This document shows, one piece after another, positions 1 through 13,224 of a stretch of 64,000 nt of DNA. The notes beneath the pieces are model-generated. The model searched no databases, was not told the DNA's origin, and saw only the letters and a list, made by a program, of their open reading frames with translations. Source of the stretch: Kondoa subrosea (lineage: Eukaryota); assembly GCA_039545335.1 (NCBI GenBank), contig BCIN01000003.1:1871941-1935940 (forward strand), read 5' to 3'. The number at the start of each line of letters is the position of its first letter. Position 1 is the first letter of the stretch. The translations under genes and the position numbers were made by a program.

Positions 1-69
1 CAAATGATATAGCATATGTTTCAATCCATGGGGTTTATGCTGCAATTTGATGTGTGGTATATCCTCTTT

Positions 70-530
70 TTAAGAGCCGGTATGCCAGACAATGTGTGTC
101 CCTTCATCTTCTCTACTGTGATCCCTCTTTGCCAAGTTGACGAGCAGCGGCCATACGTCGACATTCACTAAAGTACAGACGGTCATCATGTGAGTCAAAA
201 CACCATTACGAGACAGACGCTTTGTGTTGAGGCCATGCCAGAGTTTGACATTCCCGGGCACAAACAACATCAAATCAATGTGCCAGCCTGAAGGCAAGGG
301 AAACCTCACTAGAGCAAAAGAGTCTGACTTTGCAGCCGAACAAGCAGGCCGAACTATTGTAATAATTGTATCCGTAGCGTGATGCACTATAGTCGTAGCC
401 GGCAAGAGAGACATGATGTAAAACGTTTGGGCAGGTGCCGCCGGGCAGTAGTTTGATGAATACGCCGTCTCAAAGAGACCGACTAAAGAGGTCGATGTAC
501 CTCGAATGAAAAGGGTATACAGAAGCAGGC
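70..530 (-). CDS. Possible hypothetical protein fragment
   Basis: Open frame extends upstream of the 70..414 ORF (LLYTLFIRGTSTSLVGLFETAYSSNYCP...); no recognisable family; structure unresolved. Confidence 0.2.
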
Positions 531-786
531 TCGTAGCTCTGGAGCAAGACTAGATTTACATAAGAAGCTGATACAGTAAATGGAACTACGAGATAAGAAC
601 GAGGGATGAGCGATGAGCGACTGTCAGCCTCGTGTTGAATGCGAGGATTTCAGATATAGCCTGTCGTTCTGCATAGCCTGGCCTGCACAGAAAGTCGCTG
701 ACTGTAGGCAAGAAGTGCACACCGAATTCAAAATGCGGAGAATCGCTCTTTGTCTTGAACCATATCATACAACCTCTCTATCAAGC

Positions 787-1631
787 ATGAGCACCACACC
801 AACACCTCCATCAAAGGTGAGTCAGCGCCTACCTTGTGCGCAACAGCCGTTCAGGTCGCGCAATTTGGCCGATAACAGCGTGTTGTGATTTATAGATCCT
901 CTATCTCTTCCACGCCCAAGCTACGGAAGAACCATGAAATAGCTGAAAGAGCTTTAAGACCTTTTACTGAGGAAATAAGTTGGATTGATATTGCTTCGGA
1001 TGAAAGTGGGAAAGCTGCTTGGAGACGATTGGCAGGCGGGAACACGGAGCTACCTTTGATAACTACTGATGGTCAACGAGTTGGTGTATGTTATTCCTGT
1101 TGTGTCACATATCTGCCGTGAGTCAACTAAGTGCTATAAGGACAGTCTATTGAACAATTGGAAGAAGCGGTCGAGTTCGGTGAAGTCAAGCAATTCTTAA
1201 GATTAGACAAACCTCCAGTTTCGTCCGGCAGTATGGTAGAAGATGATCTCAACTCTCTAACAGCGGAAGATGCTGCTGCTTTAGCTCAAGAATTGGATGA
1301 TATGGAATTACAGCAACAGCCTTCTCCTGCAACTGCCCAAAAACGATCTCTTGCTTTGGATATGGATGATTTGGAATCTTTTCAAGGGATGGGAAGTTCA
1401 GGTAGTCAATTATCAAGTGTGCCAATGAGTTTGGGAGTTCCTGGACCACCGCAAAAGTCGGTTGCTCTGATCCATTTCGCTTATCTGTCGGCTCATCATT
1501 GACCCTACAGCTCACTAGCAAACGAATCTGGATTCCCTGCAGAACAAGAGCAGCAATTTCAACCTCAAATAGCTTCACCAGCAGCAATGCGAAAGTCGCT
1601 TGAAAGGCATCATATTGATTACACAAATTGA
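787..1631 (+). CDS. SH3BGR/glutaredoxin-like thioredoxin-fold protein (4 exons)
   Basis: Spliced: MSTTPTPPSK|IYRSSISSTPKLRKNHE...WIDIASDESGKAAWRRLAGG.TELPLI..DGQRVG|..EQLEEAVEFGEVKQFL; DIASDE and EEAVE.G motifs of fungal SH3BGR-like proteins; GT-AG introns. Confidence 0.75.
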
Positions 1632-1818
1632 GAGGTTCTATAGTCTGTATCAACTACAAGAAACGGGTTTATTTGTGTTTCGTGTGTTACTGGAAGAGCG
1701 TGTATAGAGAATCTTATGATTTCAGATTGTTGACTTGCAAGTTGGTAACTGTTGGTTACCCCGTGTTGACCATTTCTCTGCTTTAATACTTGGTTATCGC
1801 TAGGCCTGATAAGACCTA

Positions 1819-3282
1819 ATGACCTCCACTCTCGGCGAGACGCTGCATTCTGCTGTAATTGAGCTTTTGCCTTGCATCATCTATTTCTGATGCCATGCCA
1901 TTTCGTGTTTGAACAGAGCTCAGTTTATTCAGATTTCCTGTTAGCTAATGCAGCAAGGATTCAGAAGATCGAGAGCTCTCTCAAGACCGTTTCCTGGCTG
2001 ATCCCAGGCGAGTCTTAAGCAAAAGATTCACATGCATTGACTTGTAACTCATACATGGCTATTCAGGTCGTTTTCAAGATGCTGAACTAGCTTCAGAAGG
2101 CAGTAAGTGGTCCTCGATGACTGATCAATACATTGAAGCTGATGAATGAGGCAAGTCTTCGCTGCTACAAGTTTGCTTGGATTGTACCATGATTCGATAC
2201 TACAAGAAGCTGTACACTCTTTACCACCTGAAATCAAACCCGCTCCCTCTTTACAAGCACGATATACAAAGTACTGGAGATCTACTTCGAGTATATACGA
2301 TCATGCTGCGAAATTGTTATCTGTCATCAAGAGTGTTGAGCTGTTGGTGGAAATGGCAGCTAGGAAACGTATGACGATGAAGAAGAAATGGAATGTGGTC
2401 ATTACCTTAGAACTGATCAAGTGAATCCTCACACTCTGCTCAGATTGCTCATACAGTTAATTCTTAAGGGTAGGGCAATACTTCGATTGATCATGTTCCA
2501 CACGACTCAATATCGACCTCTCATTCATCCGCCGCTAACAGAAAGGGAAATTGATCCTGAACTCTTCGCCAATCTCGAATCCTCTTCCTCTCCTCCTTCC
2601 TCTTCTGCTCAACCAACTACTTGGATAGGTACTCGAACAGGTACAATCCGACCAACAATTGCAGCTGTAAGAAAAGCTTCTTCAGATCACGCTTACGCAA
2701 GTAAATCAACTTCAGTAAACGCTTTCTTATCCTCCAAAGTATTAAGCGTGCAAGATATCAAATTACCAACAGAACTCGTTTTACCTTTATCGAGTTTAGC
2801 GGAGAAATGGAATGAATGTGTTTGGATTCTAAGACCATTGCTTTATGGTTCGTTCAATTTCATCTTCACAAACCTGTACTCAGGTGAGAATTTTGATGTT
2901 GACGAACAGTAATGGCACTCAAGAAGTTTGGCATGAAGTCTTATCAACCTTTTATCCTTTCTCTGGTACTGGAACAACTGTCTATTAGAGCGGGTCGGAA
3001 CAGACAATGGTCTGGATCGGATCTTGAACGAGCGGAAAGAGCTAGACGACAAAGACAAGTATGGAGATATTTACTCCGTGGACCAGTTTGGGAGTCATTC
3101 ACAAAGTCAGTTGAGATTTATTCGCTGCTAGATGATAGCTCATTCGAACTAATCTTCCTGACAGACCGAAATTGGAAGGCATTTGTGCCAAGTTCGAAGG
3201 ATGGCCTCTCCTGTCTCTCGGATCAAGTGTCTTACAGTCATACACCCCTCTGGTAGAATCTTTGTACTATTATGTTGCATAA
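1819..3282 (+). CDS. PEX16: Peroxisomal membrane protein Pex16
   Basis: FLLANAARIQKIESSLKTVSWLIPG|RFQDAELASE, LGLYHDSIL, ELLVEMAAR, WILRPLLY, YLLRGPVWESFT, C-terminal YYY; one GC donor at 2008. Confidence 0.9.
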
Positions 3283-3330
3283 AGTCTCTGAGTATAATTA
3301 TACAATTGCATCCTAATTTAATGCTGGTTT

Positions 3331-6300
3331 TCATGCTAATATGCGTGGTTTGCTTGATGTGGGTGGTATAGGTGGTGCCTTCTTTTGTACTCCATTTGTT
3401 GAAGGTAGATCAAATGGGTTGTTGCCTTTTACAGATGTTGTCCAAAGCGATTCATCTTTCACTATTCCATCAGGATTATCTGGACTTGTCCACCATTGCT
3501 GTGTTTCACCACTGGGTGGAGGCAACAGTGAATTCTTTTTGTTTGGTACAGCAGGTTTGACCAGCGGTTTGACAGGTGTTAAATTGCTCGCACCCATAGC
3601 TTGTACTTGTTTCAATATTTGACTAGATAGCGCATCACGGGCTTTGGTGTCGACGGTCTTGATTCTCGCTCGGAGAATAGCGTAGACTATGAAGTTCTTG
3701 AGCGATCGTCGACAGACATAATGCAGAGAAGAGCTTACCTGGTCTATGATCTGAAAGTCTTATTTCTGCACGAGAATAGCGCGAAATATCGAGCTGTGAA
3801 AAAACAGAACACCCTTAGCTAGTCATTAGCAAAGGACCCTGCTCACTCACCTCAGCTCCTTTGACTAAAATGCGATCTATGCGCAAATTCGAATCAATAA
3901 GGACTTTGGTAGAACAAACTGAACACACACCTGTCCACGATGGCACTCTCTGCTTCTCACTGCTATCATATACATCTGAACCAGGATCATACTTGTATGT
4001 CGGTCGGAAAGTGATTGGTGCTTCTGTATAGCCAACAAAGCATTCGGACGCAGCCAAAGATAGGCTGAGCTGATCATCATGCAGCAATGAGTCGAAATCT
4101 TCGCTTGTTGCAATTGCTCGAGCGTCTGCCGTTGGTAAGCTGACTCTGTAATTGAAATCGCCAGCCCAAACAACATTGCTGCTAGGCATTCAGTTCAGTT
4201 CTAGCATGCAGTCTCAAGACTTACTCGTGGCTGTCAATCCCAAGCCCTCTACGGAAAGTGAGGCCCTCTTGTATAGTCCAATAGTCTCTGTTTCGTTCGT
4301 CCACATTCGATGATCCAGCAGCGAAATGCGCAGTCAAGAAACAGAAACTTGAATCCTTGTAGTCCAATCTGATACCAATACCACCTTTATTGCCCGCCAT
4401 GCCTTTCAAGCCGGTTTTGCGAGTAGTAGCCTCAACGTTGGTAATATTGTTGACCATGCTCGTCTTGACTATAACGAAGAGAGCAGCGCCTACAAGTTGT
4501 TCAGATCGGAGCATCACATATTCAGCCTTAGCATCAGGTCGAGATAACAGTGTTTGCATGACTGCCGTTTCCCATCTTCTTTTCTTCTCAGGATCAGCAT
4601 TGATGATCTGCCCTGCATTGAGTTGTACGATTTCTTGGAAGCCCAAGATGATGAAATCTGGCTCAATATTGGGATCAGGCGCTAACCAAGGTAAAAGCGA
4701 TTCGGATCCAGGTAGTTTGCCATTCAAGTTGAAAGTACCGATCAAAAGACTGGAGTTGGAATAGGAAGAGTATTCGCTTGAGCGAGATTGTAAAGCTTGA
4801 TGAACAGCATCATGTACAGGATCGAAGACGATGACTTTCTGTTGTCCACTGAGATTGCCAAGCAATTGATCTATGGCCTGCTGTTTGCCTGGATCCAGGA
4901 AGTTGGATTGATACATCCGCCCGACAGACTTTGTCGCATTTGAGAGAACACCGGCCAAAGTCTTCTTCCCACTTCGAGTAAAAGAGGTATTAAGTGCTCC
5001 AGTTCCAGCATAAATCCGAGCAAGATTATCTCCATTCTAACCCGGATTAAGTTATTTGTCAATTGAGAGCGAAAGGTATCTGCTCACTTCTGCCCAAAGT
5101 GTTCGATGTAAGCTCCAGATCTGTTCTGAAGAGATCCAAGCTGGATGTGTAGTGCGCAGAAAGTCAAGTAGGACCATCTTCGACACCATATCTTGTATGA
5201 CATTAGTTCGATCCAGGCTATTGGACCTGATCAGATAAACGTTCCAAAGTGAGTCCAATCGTAAGCGTACCAATCTAGACAATTCGTTCTGAAAACTCCT
5301 TCTTGCTTTGTCAACAGCGTCCCTTGTATTTGACTGTCCGGATCAATGGCTACGAGAGTGTAACCGAAATTGGATAAAGCTTCATCGACAGGTGGTTCTC
5401 TTCTCAGCTGTTCTTGCATAGCTTCAAGTCCCACTACTCTTGTACGTGCATGGAAATCAAAGGTAGTAGAAGAAGTATGATGATCTATCTGTTCGTTGGT
5501 GGCTGCTGCTGCTGCAAGATGAGCAAGATAAGCAGAAGTAAGCAGTTCTTCGTCTGTTTTGTTGCCGAGAAGATTCATAATATGGATCCGAGGATAAGCT
5601 TGTAAGAGAGCAGTCATGTGCTTGTCAAAGGCCGGCTGAGAAGCGACTTGAGGTCTCTGAAATGAAGGTCAGGACATGCTGTAAGTGATTTCCTTTTTGC
5701 ACTGACCGTTATTTGTAATTTCGTCGCAAAAGGTTGAACACCTTGCTGTTCCCAGAAGACTGGAAACAGGTCATTCGTCAATTCGAATCCATGTGAGTAC
5801 TCAGAGACAGGCTTACGAGGCACGCTTCCTCTAACTTGGACATAGCTAAAGCAGAAGTCGTGTGTTCGCAAGCTGTACCCAAATCATTAGCACAAGCTTC
5901 ATGTATTCATTTGGGCCAATGAAGAACTCACATAGTCTCTGTTTCGACAAAATTGGCAACGTTTCCCGAATCATCAATCCCTCGAGTGTTGAATCTCGTT
6001 CCAGCTCTATGCCAACCCAATCTACTAATAACAGAAAGTGAAACGCTTGCTAGACCAGATGTCCCACCCATATTTAAATCATAACAACCACAATAGCCTT
6101 GAATAGCCATTACCAAAAAACGACAAGAATCGAATTGTGATTTTTCAGGTGAAGTCAAGTTTGATCGAAAAGCCAAAGAAGAATCCAACATGTAAGAATT
6201 CCATAAAAATCTAGTATCGTATAAACCTGCATCGTTATTGTTGTTCTTTCCTCTGTTTGATCGAACTTCAAGTCTAGAGGATAAATCGAAAGTTGTCGAA

Positions 6301-6764
6301 AAGTAGAAATTGCCATTACTGAAGATTTTGGCTACTGCGCTACATGGATGTTCTAGTAAAGCAGGATTTGAAGTAGCTGTTTCAAAAGTAGTTGGACCAC
6401 CTGAAGAATTCGCATCGTCGTAGAAACTTGTTGTTAAGCTATAGAAAGAAACCGAGCCAATTCGACTGATTGATTCATCCCTAACTAGAGATCCAACAGA
6501 AGTAGCACTTTCAACCAAACCCAAGAAGATATCGTTATTGACATTCAACAATCCAAGGCAACCATAAACTTGTTTCCGAGGTGGTGCGTTGTTGTAGTAA
6601 TTGCTTCCACTTAGATCCAGTTTCTCTGTATTGATGAGTTCCAAAGTCACTGCTGCGGAGTCCTTGTTTGCTGCTCGAAAGACTAGAGCATGTTGTTTGT
6701 GCGTCAAAGCAATTGCTCGCTTTGGTCCTCTGCTGTCCAGGATGCGCAGATCAAGAGCAGCCAT
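3331..6764 (-). CDS. Synaptojanin-like phosphoinositide phosphatase (Sac1 + 5-phosphatase domains; Inp52/Inp53/Syj1 family)
   Basis: RAGTRFNTRGIDDSGNVANFVETE, RTNCLD(C)LDRTN, GTFNLNG, GFQEIV, WAGDFNYR, PTYKYD..RVPSWTDRIL; proline-rich tail. Confidence 0.95.
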
Positions 6765-7068
6765 AGTCTGATCAGGGTATCAGCTTCACTGTGGGCATAT
6801 TCCAAGGAGGCTGTAGGTATCGCTGGATCGCTGCTCCAGTTCGACCCAAAACTATGATGATTTCGACAGGTTTCAAGCTATTTGCGAGACAGGCCGCAAT
6901 GCTCTCTACTTGATTTTGCAGATCAAAGGGGGCAAACAAGAAATCGAACGAGTACACCATATGTTGAGATAGAAATACATTGCATTTACGCTTTTCGCTG
7001 CATCATGCCCAAAAGAGCGAAAGTTAGACAGTCGTGTGGCATACTTTGTGCCATAGTCTTCGAACCGA

Positions 7069-7688
7069 TTAAGCAGTGTTTCGAAGCACTGTGAGAACAA
7101 AGATGGAAAGGCTAAGTTTATCAAAAACTAAGCTGCCCAAAAGAGATCCTCACCTAGAATGACTGAATCCCCTCTGACAAAGAGTTTGGAAATGAAACGA
7201 TCTTTGTTTACTGGTTTCTTTCCTTTTCCTTTTGGCATTTCTGTCCACATTTCTTTTGCGTTTTCCAAGACCTGTCAGCCATGATATACACTATCAGCGC
7301 GTAAGCTGAGAAGGTGTATACGTCGAGCTGACTAGATTGCAATGCCTATCGAATGCCTTTACTCTGTACACATAGCATCAGCAAGCAATTCTCATTACGA
7401 AAAGAAAGGCAGACTAACCTAGCTAAGATCTTTCTGTTATTCCTCAAAGCAATCAAGATCTGAGTATGGTTCTTGACTGATTGCTGCAAAACTGAAAGTG
7501 GTCCTTGAGAGATTTCATACTCTTCCAATTGTCGGATCTTGTCTTCGTCGAGTTCTGATTTGGGTGTGTGAAGATATTCTGGCGGTACACAAGTGAGTAT
7601 AGTACGCTTTGACTAAATAGGAGGAGCATACGACTGCTCAAGAGATCAGTTGCTGCAATTGCGGTGCGAATGTGTAGACTCACGCCAT
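7069..7688 (-). CDS. SMD2: Small nuclear ribonucleoprotein Sm D2
   Basis: [14 protein letters not shown]...[52 protein letters not shown]...[21 protein letters not shown]. Confidence 0.95.
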
Positions 7689-7864
7689 GTTTCAAGCCTG
7701 AATGCGATTGTCCCTTTGAAATCGACCTTGAATCACTCTAATCTATCTTCCAACAACCTCCTTTGACGTCCTTGACTTGCTTGATTTGAAGATGGTTGTA
7801 GCGAGTAACACCTCTGAAATGCAAAATTCGTTGAAATATCTTTCCTTCTTGTCCGCAACCCGCC

Positions 7865-9968
7865 ATGGCCCTACTCAACTCATTACACGCTTCCACAAGT
7901 TCTTTACTTGCTCGCTCAGCTGTTAAATCAGCAGCTCGAAGAACTTTACCTTCAAGTCAGTCTCTCACAATCGATAACCACATAATCGCAAGACTGAGAC
8001 TGATGAGGGAATGAATGACAGCTTGTGTTCCATGCAGCAAACAATTCAATTCTACTCTATCCTCTGCTAGACCAGCCGCAGCAAGGAATGAACGAATCTT
8101 GCGATCTGCCAATGTTTCATTATCGAGACGAATTGTTCAAGGTGAGGAACTCACTGCTTCTTTTACTCGGATATCAGAGTTAATGGAAGCATTGTCTCAC
8201 AGCACCCAATCGAGGTTATGCTACCGAATCAAACAAATTCAGTAGATCAAAGCCACATTTGAACATCGGTGCGTTGGAACGATAGTGATCTGAGATTCAT
8301 TCTCATTCATTCATGTTCGTCTCTACGTACAGGTTCTATCGGACAGTAAGCCCTCTCAACCCTGGTCCTCAATTCTTCCTTGATGCGATTCGATAGCGTC
8401 GATCATGGTAAAACTACTTTAACAGCAGCAATTACAAAAGTACTAGCAGTAGAATCTGGTGGAAAATTCTTGGATTACTCTCAGATTGATAAAGCTCCAG
8501 AAGAGAAAGCTAGAGGTATCACTATTGCTACTGCTCATGTGGAATATGAAACTTCGTGCGTTCTCATTTCGGTAGCAAATCAGTATGTTCGCTGATGTGC
8601 CCGATTCGTGGACGCACAGAAAGAGGCATTATGCTCATGTGGATTGTCCTGGTGTACGTATATAGATGACTTTCTGCCAATTTATTGGCTGAATTCTTCT
8701 TGCACGTACAGCACGCCGATTATGTTCGTCTAGCCATTTCTCGCTTCAGCTTAATCGAGCTGATGCGGGTGTCATATAAACGAACAGATCAAGAACATGA
8801 TTACAGGAGCAGCTCAAATGGACGGAGCCATTATAGTCGTTTCAGCTTCCGATGGACAAATGCCTCAAACCAGAGAACATTTGTTATTAGCTCGACAAGT
8901 AGGGATCAAGAAACTCGTCATCTATATAAACAAAGTTGATCAAGTGGATGATCCGGAAATGTTGGATTTGGTAGAAATGGAAATGAGAGATTTACTTTCT
9001 TCGTGCGTTTGTAGTCTTCTTCATGACTAATAACAGTCTTGAAAGAAATTTGATGAACGCACAGATATGGATTCGATGGAGAAAATTCTCCAATTATCAA
9101 AGGATCTGCTTTAGCTGCTTTGGAAGGTAGAGAAGCTGATGGAATCGGAGCTAAATCCATTAAAGAACTAATGAACGCTGTGGATACTTGGATCGATCAA
9201 CCTGCCAGAGAACTAGAAAAACCTTTCCTCATGCCTGTGGAAGATGTGTTTTCTATTGCTGGAAGAGGAACAGTCGTTACTGGAAGAGTTGAAAGAGGTA
9301 CGATCTTGAAAGGAGCTGAAGTGGAAATCATTGGTCTTGGTTCACAAATGAAGACTACTTTGACTGGAATTGAAATGTTCCACAAAGAATTGGATAGAGG
9401 TGAAGCTGGTGATAACATGGGTGCTCTTTTGAGAGGTGTTAAGAGGGATCAAATTAAACGTGGAATGGTTGTATGTCCCGTCATTATACTTTGCGATTTC
9501 CTGTTGTCTCACATTTCTCTGATCGTGTACAGCTCGCAATGCCTGGAACGATTAAACCAGTAAAGAAATTTTTAGCTTCTCTCTATATTCTTTCAAAGGA
9601 AGAAGGAGGAAGATACACTCCCTTTGCTTCGCAATATCGACCTCAACTTTTCATGCGCACTTCGGACGTAACGGTTAGCTTGACTTTCCCTGAAGGAACA
9701 GAAGGAGCGGATGAGAAGCAAGTCGCTCCTGGTGATAATGTTGAAATGGTTGGCGAGATGACACACCCTATTGCTATGGAACAAGGTTCCAGATTTACTT
9801 TGGTAAGCTGGCTCTATTGGATATTTGAAGGAGTAATCGTCTCTGATGCGTATGCTGTTCAACAGCGCGAGGGAGGCAGGACTGGTGAGCTTTGTCTATG
9901 CTACAATAATGCCAGAGGCTGATCGAGTGTTATCAGTCGGAACTGGACTTGTCAGCAGGTTGCTCTAA
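7865..9968 (+). CDS. TUF1: Mitochondrial translation elongation factor Tu
   Basis: Arg/Ser-rich presequence; [51 protein letters not shown] across canonical introns. Confidence 0.97.
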
Positions 9969-10467
9969 GACTATGCAAGAACTCTGCATTGTTTTGAGCG
10001 GGAAACACACTTTCAGCTCAACACCGTGGGGACGTTTCTTCAGTGCCATTTACAGAGTAGCCGTTTCTCAAGAGAGGCTTTGCCTGATTTAGCGAGGGGA
10101 TTAAGATATGAGGGGAAGAGAATGACGACCAAAATGTGCAATAGAGACCTCATACTAGATTAGTAATACATCACCATTCGCATCAGCACAGTCGAGATCT
10201 GCATAAGAGTCTGCTCTGCATAAGATTCCACATGTTCCCGTTACCCAAGTCTAGCTCGAGAGGAAAGGGTTCAGAACAGAAACAATATGACCATCAATTT
10301 ATACGACGAAGATGATCGATTCAACTGATGCGGAAAGAAGATCGCAGCCATAGCGTGAGGAAAATAGGGTATGAATGTACTTGAAGGTGAAGATTGCATC
10401 CCTGCTTGCTGAAAAGTGGAAATTACAACCAAGACCCTGTCAACCTCTCTGCTACTCTTGAGACCGC

Positions 10468-11152
10468 TTATGCTTCGGCTTCATCGTCGACAATTGTCGT
10501 TGAGAGACCCTGTAAAGTAAGTTTTTAGCTTGACACGGATATACTGCCTTAAGGAGACCAACTCTGAATTCTGTATGGTGACACAAGACTCAGCAAAGAA
10601 AACCATGCAAATGTGATTTAGACTAACCAGAAGGCTTTTTGAGTGGGACATAGGTGCTGTAAGTCGGAGACAACTTGCAGATCAGAACTTGACAGATCAG
10701 CAACCGCCGATACTCACACATAGGTGTAAAGCTTCTCCTTTGCGTCTTCGTCGTCGTTACGCTTGCCTATCAATCCATGCACCGATCAGCCCGAAACCTA
10801 GCTTTTCCTGGATTTCGACGAACGCGATAGCCTGACTCTGAGTCTACGAGGAACATCCTTTACGCCCTTTCCCCAGATAGCAGCGTTGAGAGAAGGATCA
10901 AGGCGAACATCTTTTGTGCCCATAGCCTTTGTTGCGAATTCTCTAACAGCCTTGATTCCTTTTGGCGCACGCTTCTTGAAAGCAATGTCGTGCACTCTCT
11001 TGTGCAGGTGAATAGTGTATTCCCTGTACCAGGCCGAATCGCTTCAGAATTCCTGGATCATGCCTCTCGTTTTCCACCAAATCTAACCTGGTCACAACAT
11101 CCGACAGAGCGGATCTCTGCTTCCTGTCTCCTTTTGCTGCCTTGGGTGACAT
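10468..11152 (-). CDS. RPL31: 60S ribosomal protein L31
   Basis: [51 protein letters not shown]...[23 protein letters not shown]...[10 protein letters not shown]. Confidence 0.97.
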
Positions 11153-11373
11153 TCTTGAGGGTCTTGAGGGAGAGAGGGAGAGAGAAAAAGACTCTTCTCC
11201 TGCTTCAATTCGACATTTTTAAGTGAAGTTAACTTAAGTTATGTCCGTGACATCGAAGAGCAGGAGATGAAGCCTCGTTTTCTAGCAGCGCAATGCTGTG
11301 ACCACAGTGATTATAGCTCACTAGTCATTCGCGCTTTCCCTCCGGTTTGCAAGTGTTTTTCATCACCACTGGC

Positions 11374-13114
11374 ATGATCGCTATGCCTCTGCGATTCCTT
11401 CTTCTTCTTGTGCCTCTCCTACTCGAAGTAGTCCTTGCATACCAACTGTCCTTCTCCAGTAATGACCGCACAAGCACTGCCAATCTTATCTTCCGATCCG
11501 TCTTAAACTATCACAAATCCTATCCTGCTCTACAGCGACCTCACGGGCATTCTTTCCTAATCGCTGATCTTATACCTGGTACAAGAAGTCAGTTTGTGTG
11601 CTTTCCTTGTCTATTTGGCTTTTTCTTAACGTGCACACTCGCCAAGTTTTTCACGCACGGAACGATAGTGGTCTTCCGCCGACCAGAGAATGGGCTGCAT
11701 TGAATGTTGAACTAGCTGCGGGCTTGATGAGAGCTCTGACGGGCGATATTTGGTTATCTACTTACGAAACCAAAGAACCTCTTCGTTTGGCTTCTTTTGA
11801 CGGACGAGCTGGGTTCAGGGTACCAGTGAATAATACTCAGGTTGGAGATCTCTTGCTGTACGGCAAGGTGGGGTATGTTATTCTTCTACCCTCGGCGTGA
11901 TGATATTCTGTGCTGATAGCCTTGTTCAGAAATGCTGCGGAAGGCTTTCTAAGCAATTATTGCGAGGCCGCTAATTGGTGCGAATGGGCTACAAGGCATG
12001 GCTTGGACGGTGTATTGCGGTACGAAATTGATAGGTACGTACTTGTGCCGGAGCATCGACTATTGCTCATCCCATACCACAGCGACATCATTATTTGCAA
12101 CTTCAACTCAACAAAGATCTCTCTGGTCAATCACCACAAAGTAGGCAGACGACGTGAAAGCACTTCTTGGCAAGAAAAGGCATTCTTGGACTACTTCACT
12201 ATGGATAAACTGCAGAAATCATTCGCTCTTTCACCCGACAGACGTATTCGACCTGATTGGAGTACCTACATCACCTTCGACAATCCAGCGCTTACTAGCT
12301 TAGATCTCGCCAGGCAGAACCAAGTCAATGGATCTTACTCATTGGGATCCATCAGTCCGAAAGATCTGTCGACTATCCGAAAACAGATCAGAATTATTAC
12401 CGCTCAGAATCATACTAGCAGCGGAATAGATTGGTCATTACTCGTCGAGAATATTGCCAACCATTACAAGCACCCCTTCACCGAATTTCAAGCTTTACTA
12501 AAGGCAAACCCCCTCAATCAATCTCACGTCCCAATATGGTACACTCGAGTATTAGATGACCTGCTCCTAGCCTCCGCAGTGGACTTTGAAGATCAAGCAT
12601 CATCTTGCGGAACCATCTTTTTCAGTACGATCGATCAGAATCAGCTAGGAGAGCAAGAGATATTGATTTGGTCAGCAATACAAGCAGTCGTCAACCGAAT
12701 CTGCCCGACCATAAACTCTTTACGAATCTTGGAAACCAATCTGACACAAGCCAAGCAGGTAATAGATGAGCTTGTGACATGGCTAGATTGGCCTACAAGC
12801 TACGAATGTGATGTTACTTGTGCCAGCACTGTAAGTAATCTCGTCAATCAATATTTCAGACCTGAAAACCGATGCCGAAGGAAACTTGCATGATTTCGGT
12901 AATGCTACCGGATGACAGCGTACCTCGATGTCTGGATAGTGACAAGCTTCAGCCGACGACAGGCTTAAATGCTGATCTGTTGCGCGTCTATCTGCCTTGT
13001 GAGTACATTTCTGCCCTCTGTTTTTGTCTTGGGTGCACACGCTTACATATGACCGCAGTGATACCGGAAAAGTGTTCACCGATTGTGAGGGACGATATAG
13101 ATGGACTGAAATGA
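11374..13114 (+). CDS. Secreted uncharacterised protein resembling the fungal YOR389W-like family
   Basis: Signal peptide MPLRFLLLLVPLLLEVVLA; ANLIF..HGHSF....IPGT..FHA..EWAA...L.TY....PLRL..FDG...CEWA...GLDGVLRYE..E/DIIICNF pattern; Cys-rich C-terminus. Family recalled from motifs, not searched. Confidence 0.65.
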
Positions 13115-13224
13115 AACAAACGTGAAATGCAATGATGTATGCGATTAATTTATCTAGTGACCCCGTGTCTCCCTTGTGCTATTCATCCTCTGTTGCATCT
13201 AGTCTACCTCCTGACTCGCCCTCT

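Noticed and set aside
10511..10627. Longer RPL31 intron as a snoRNA host
   Set aside because: Explained as two normal introns around an 8-nt exon; no paired C/D boxes recognised
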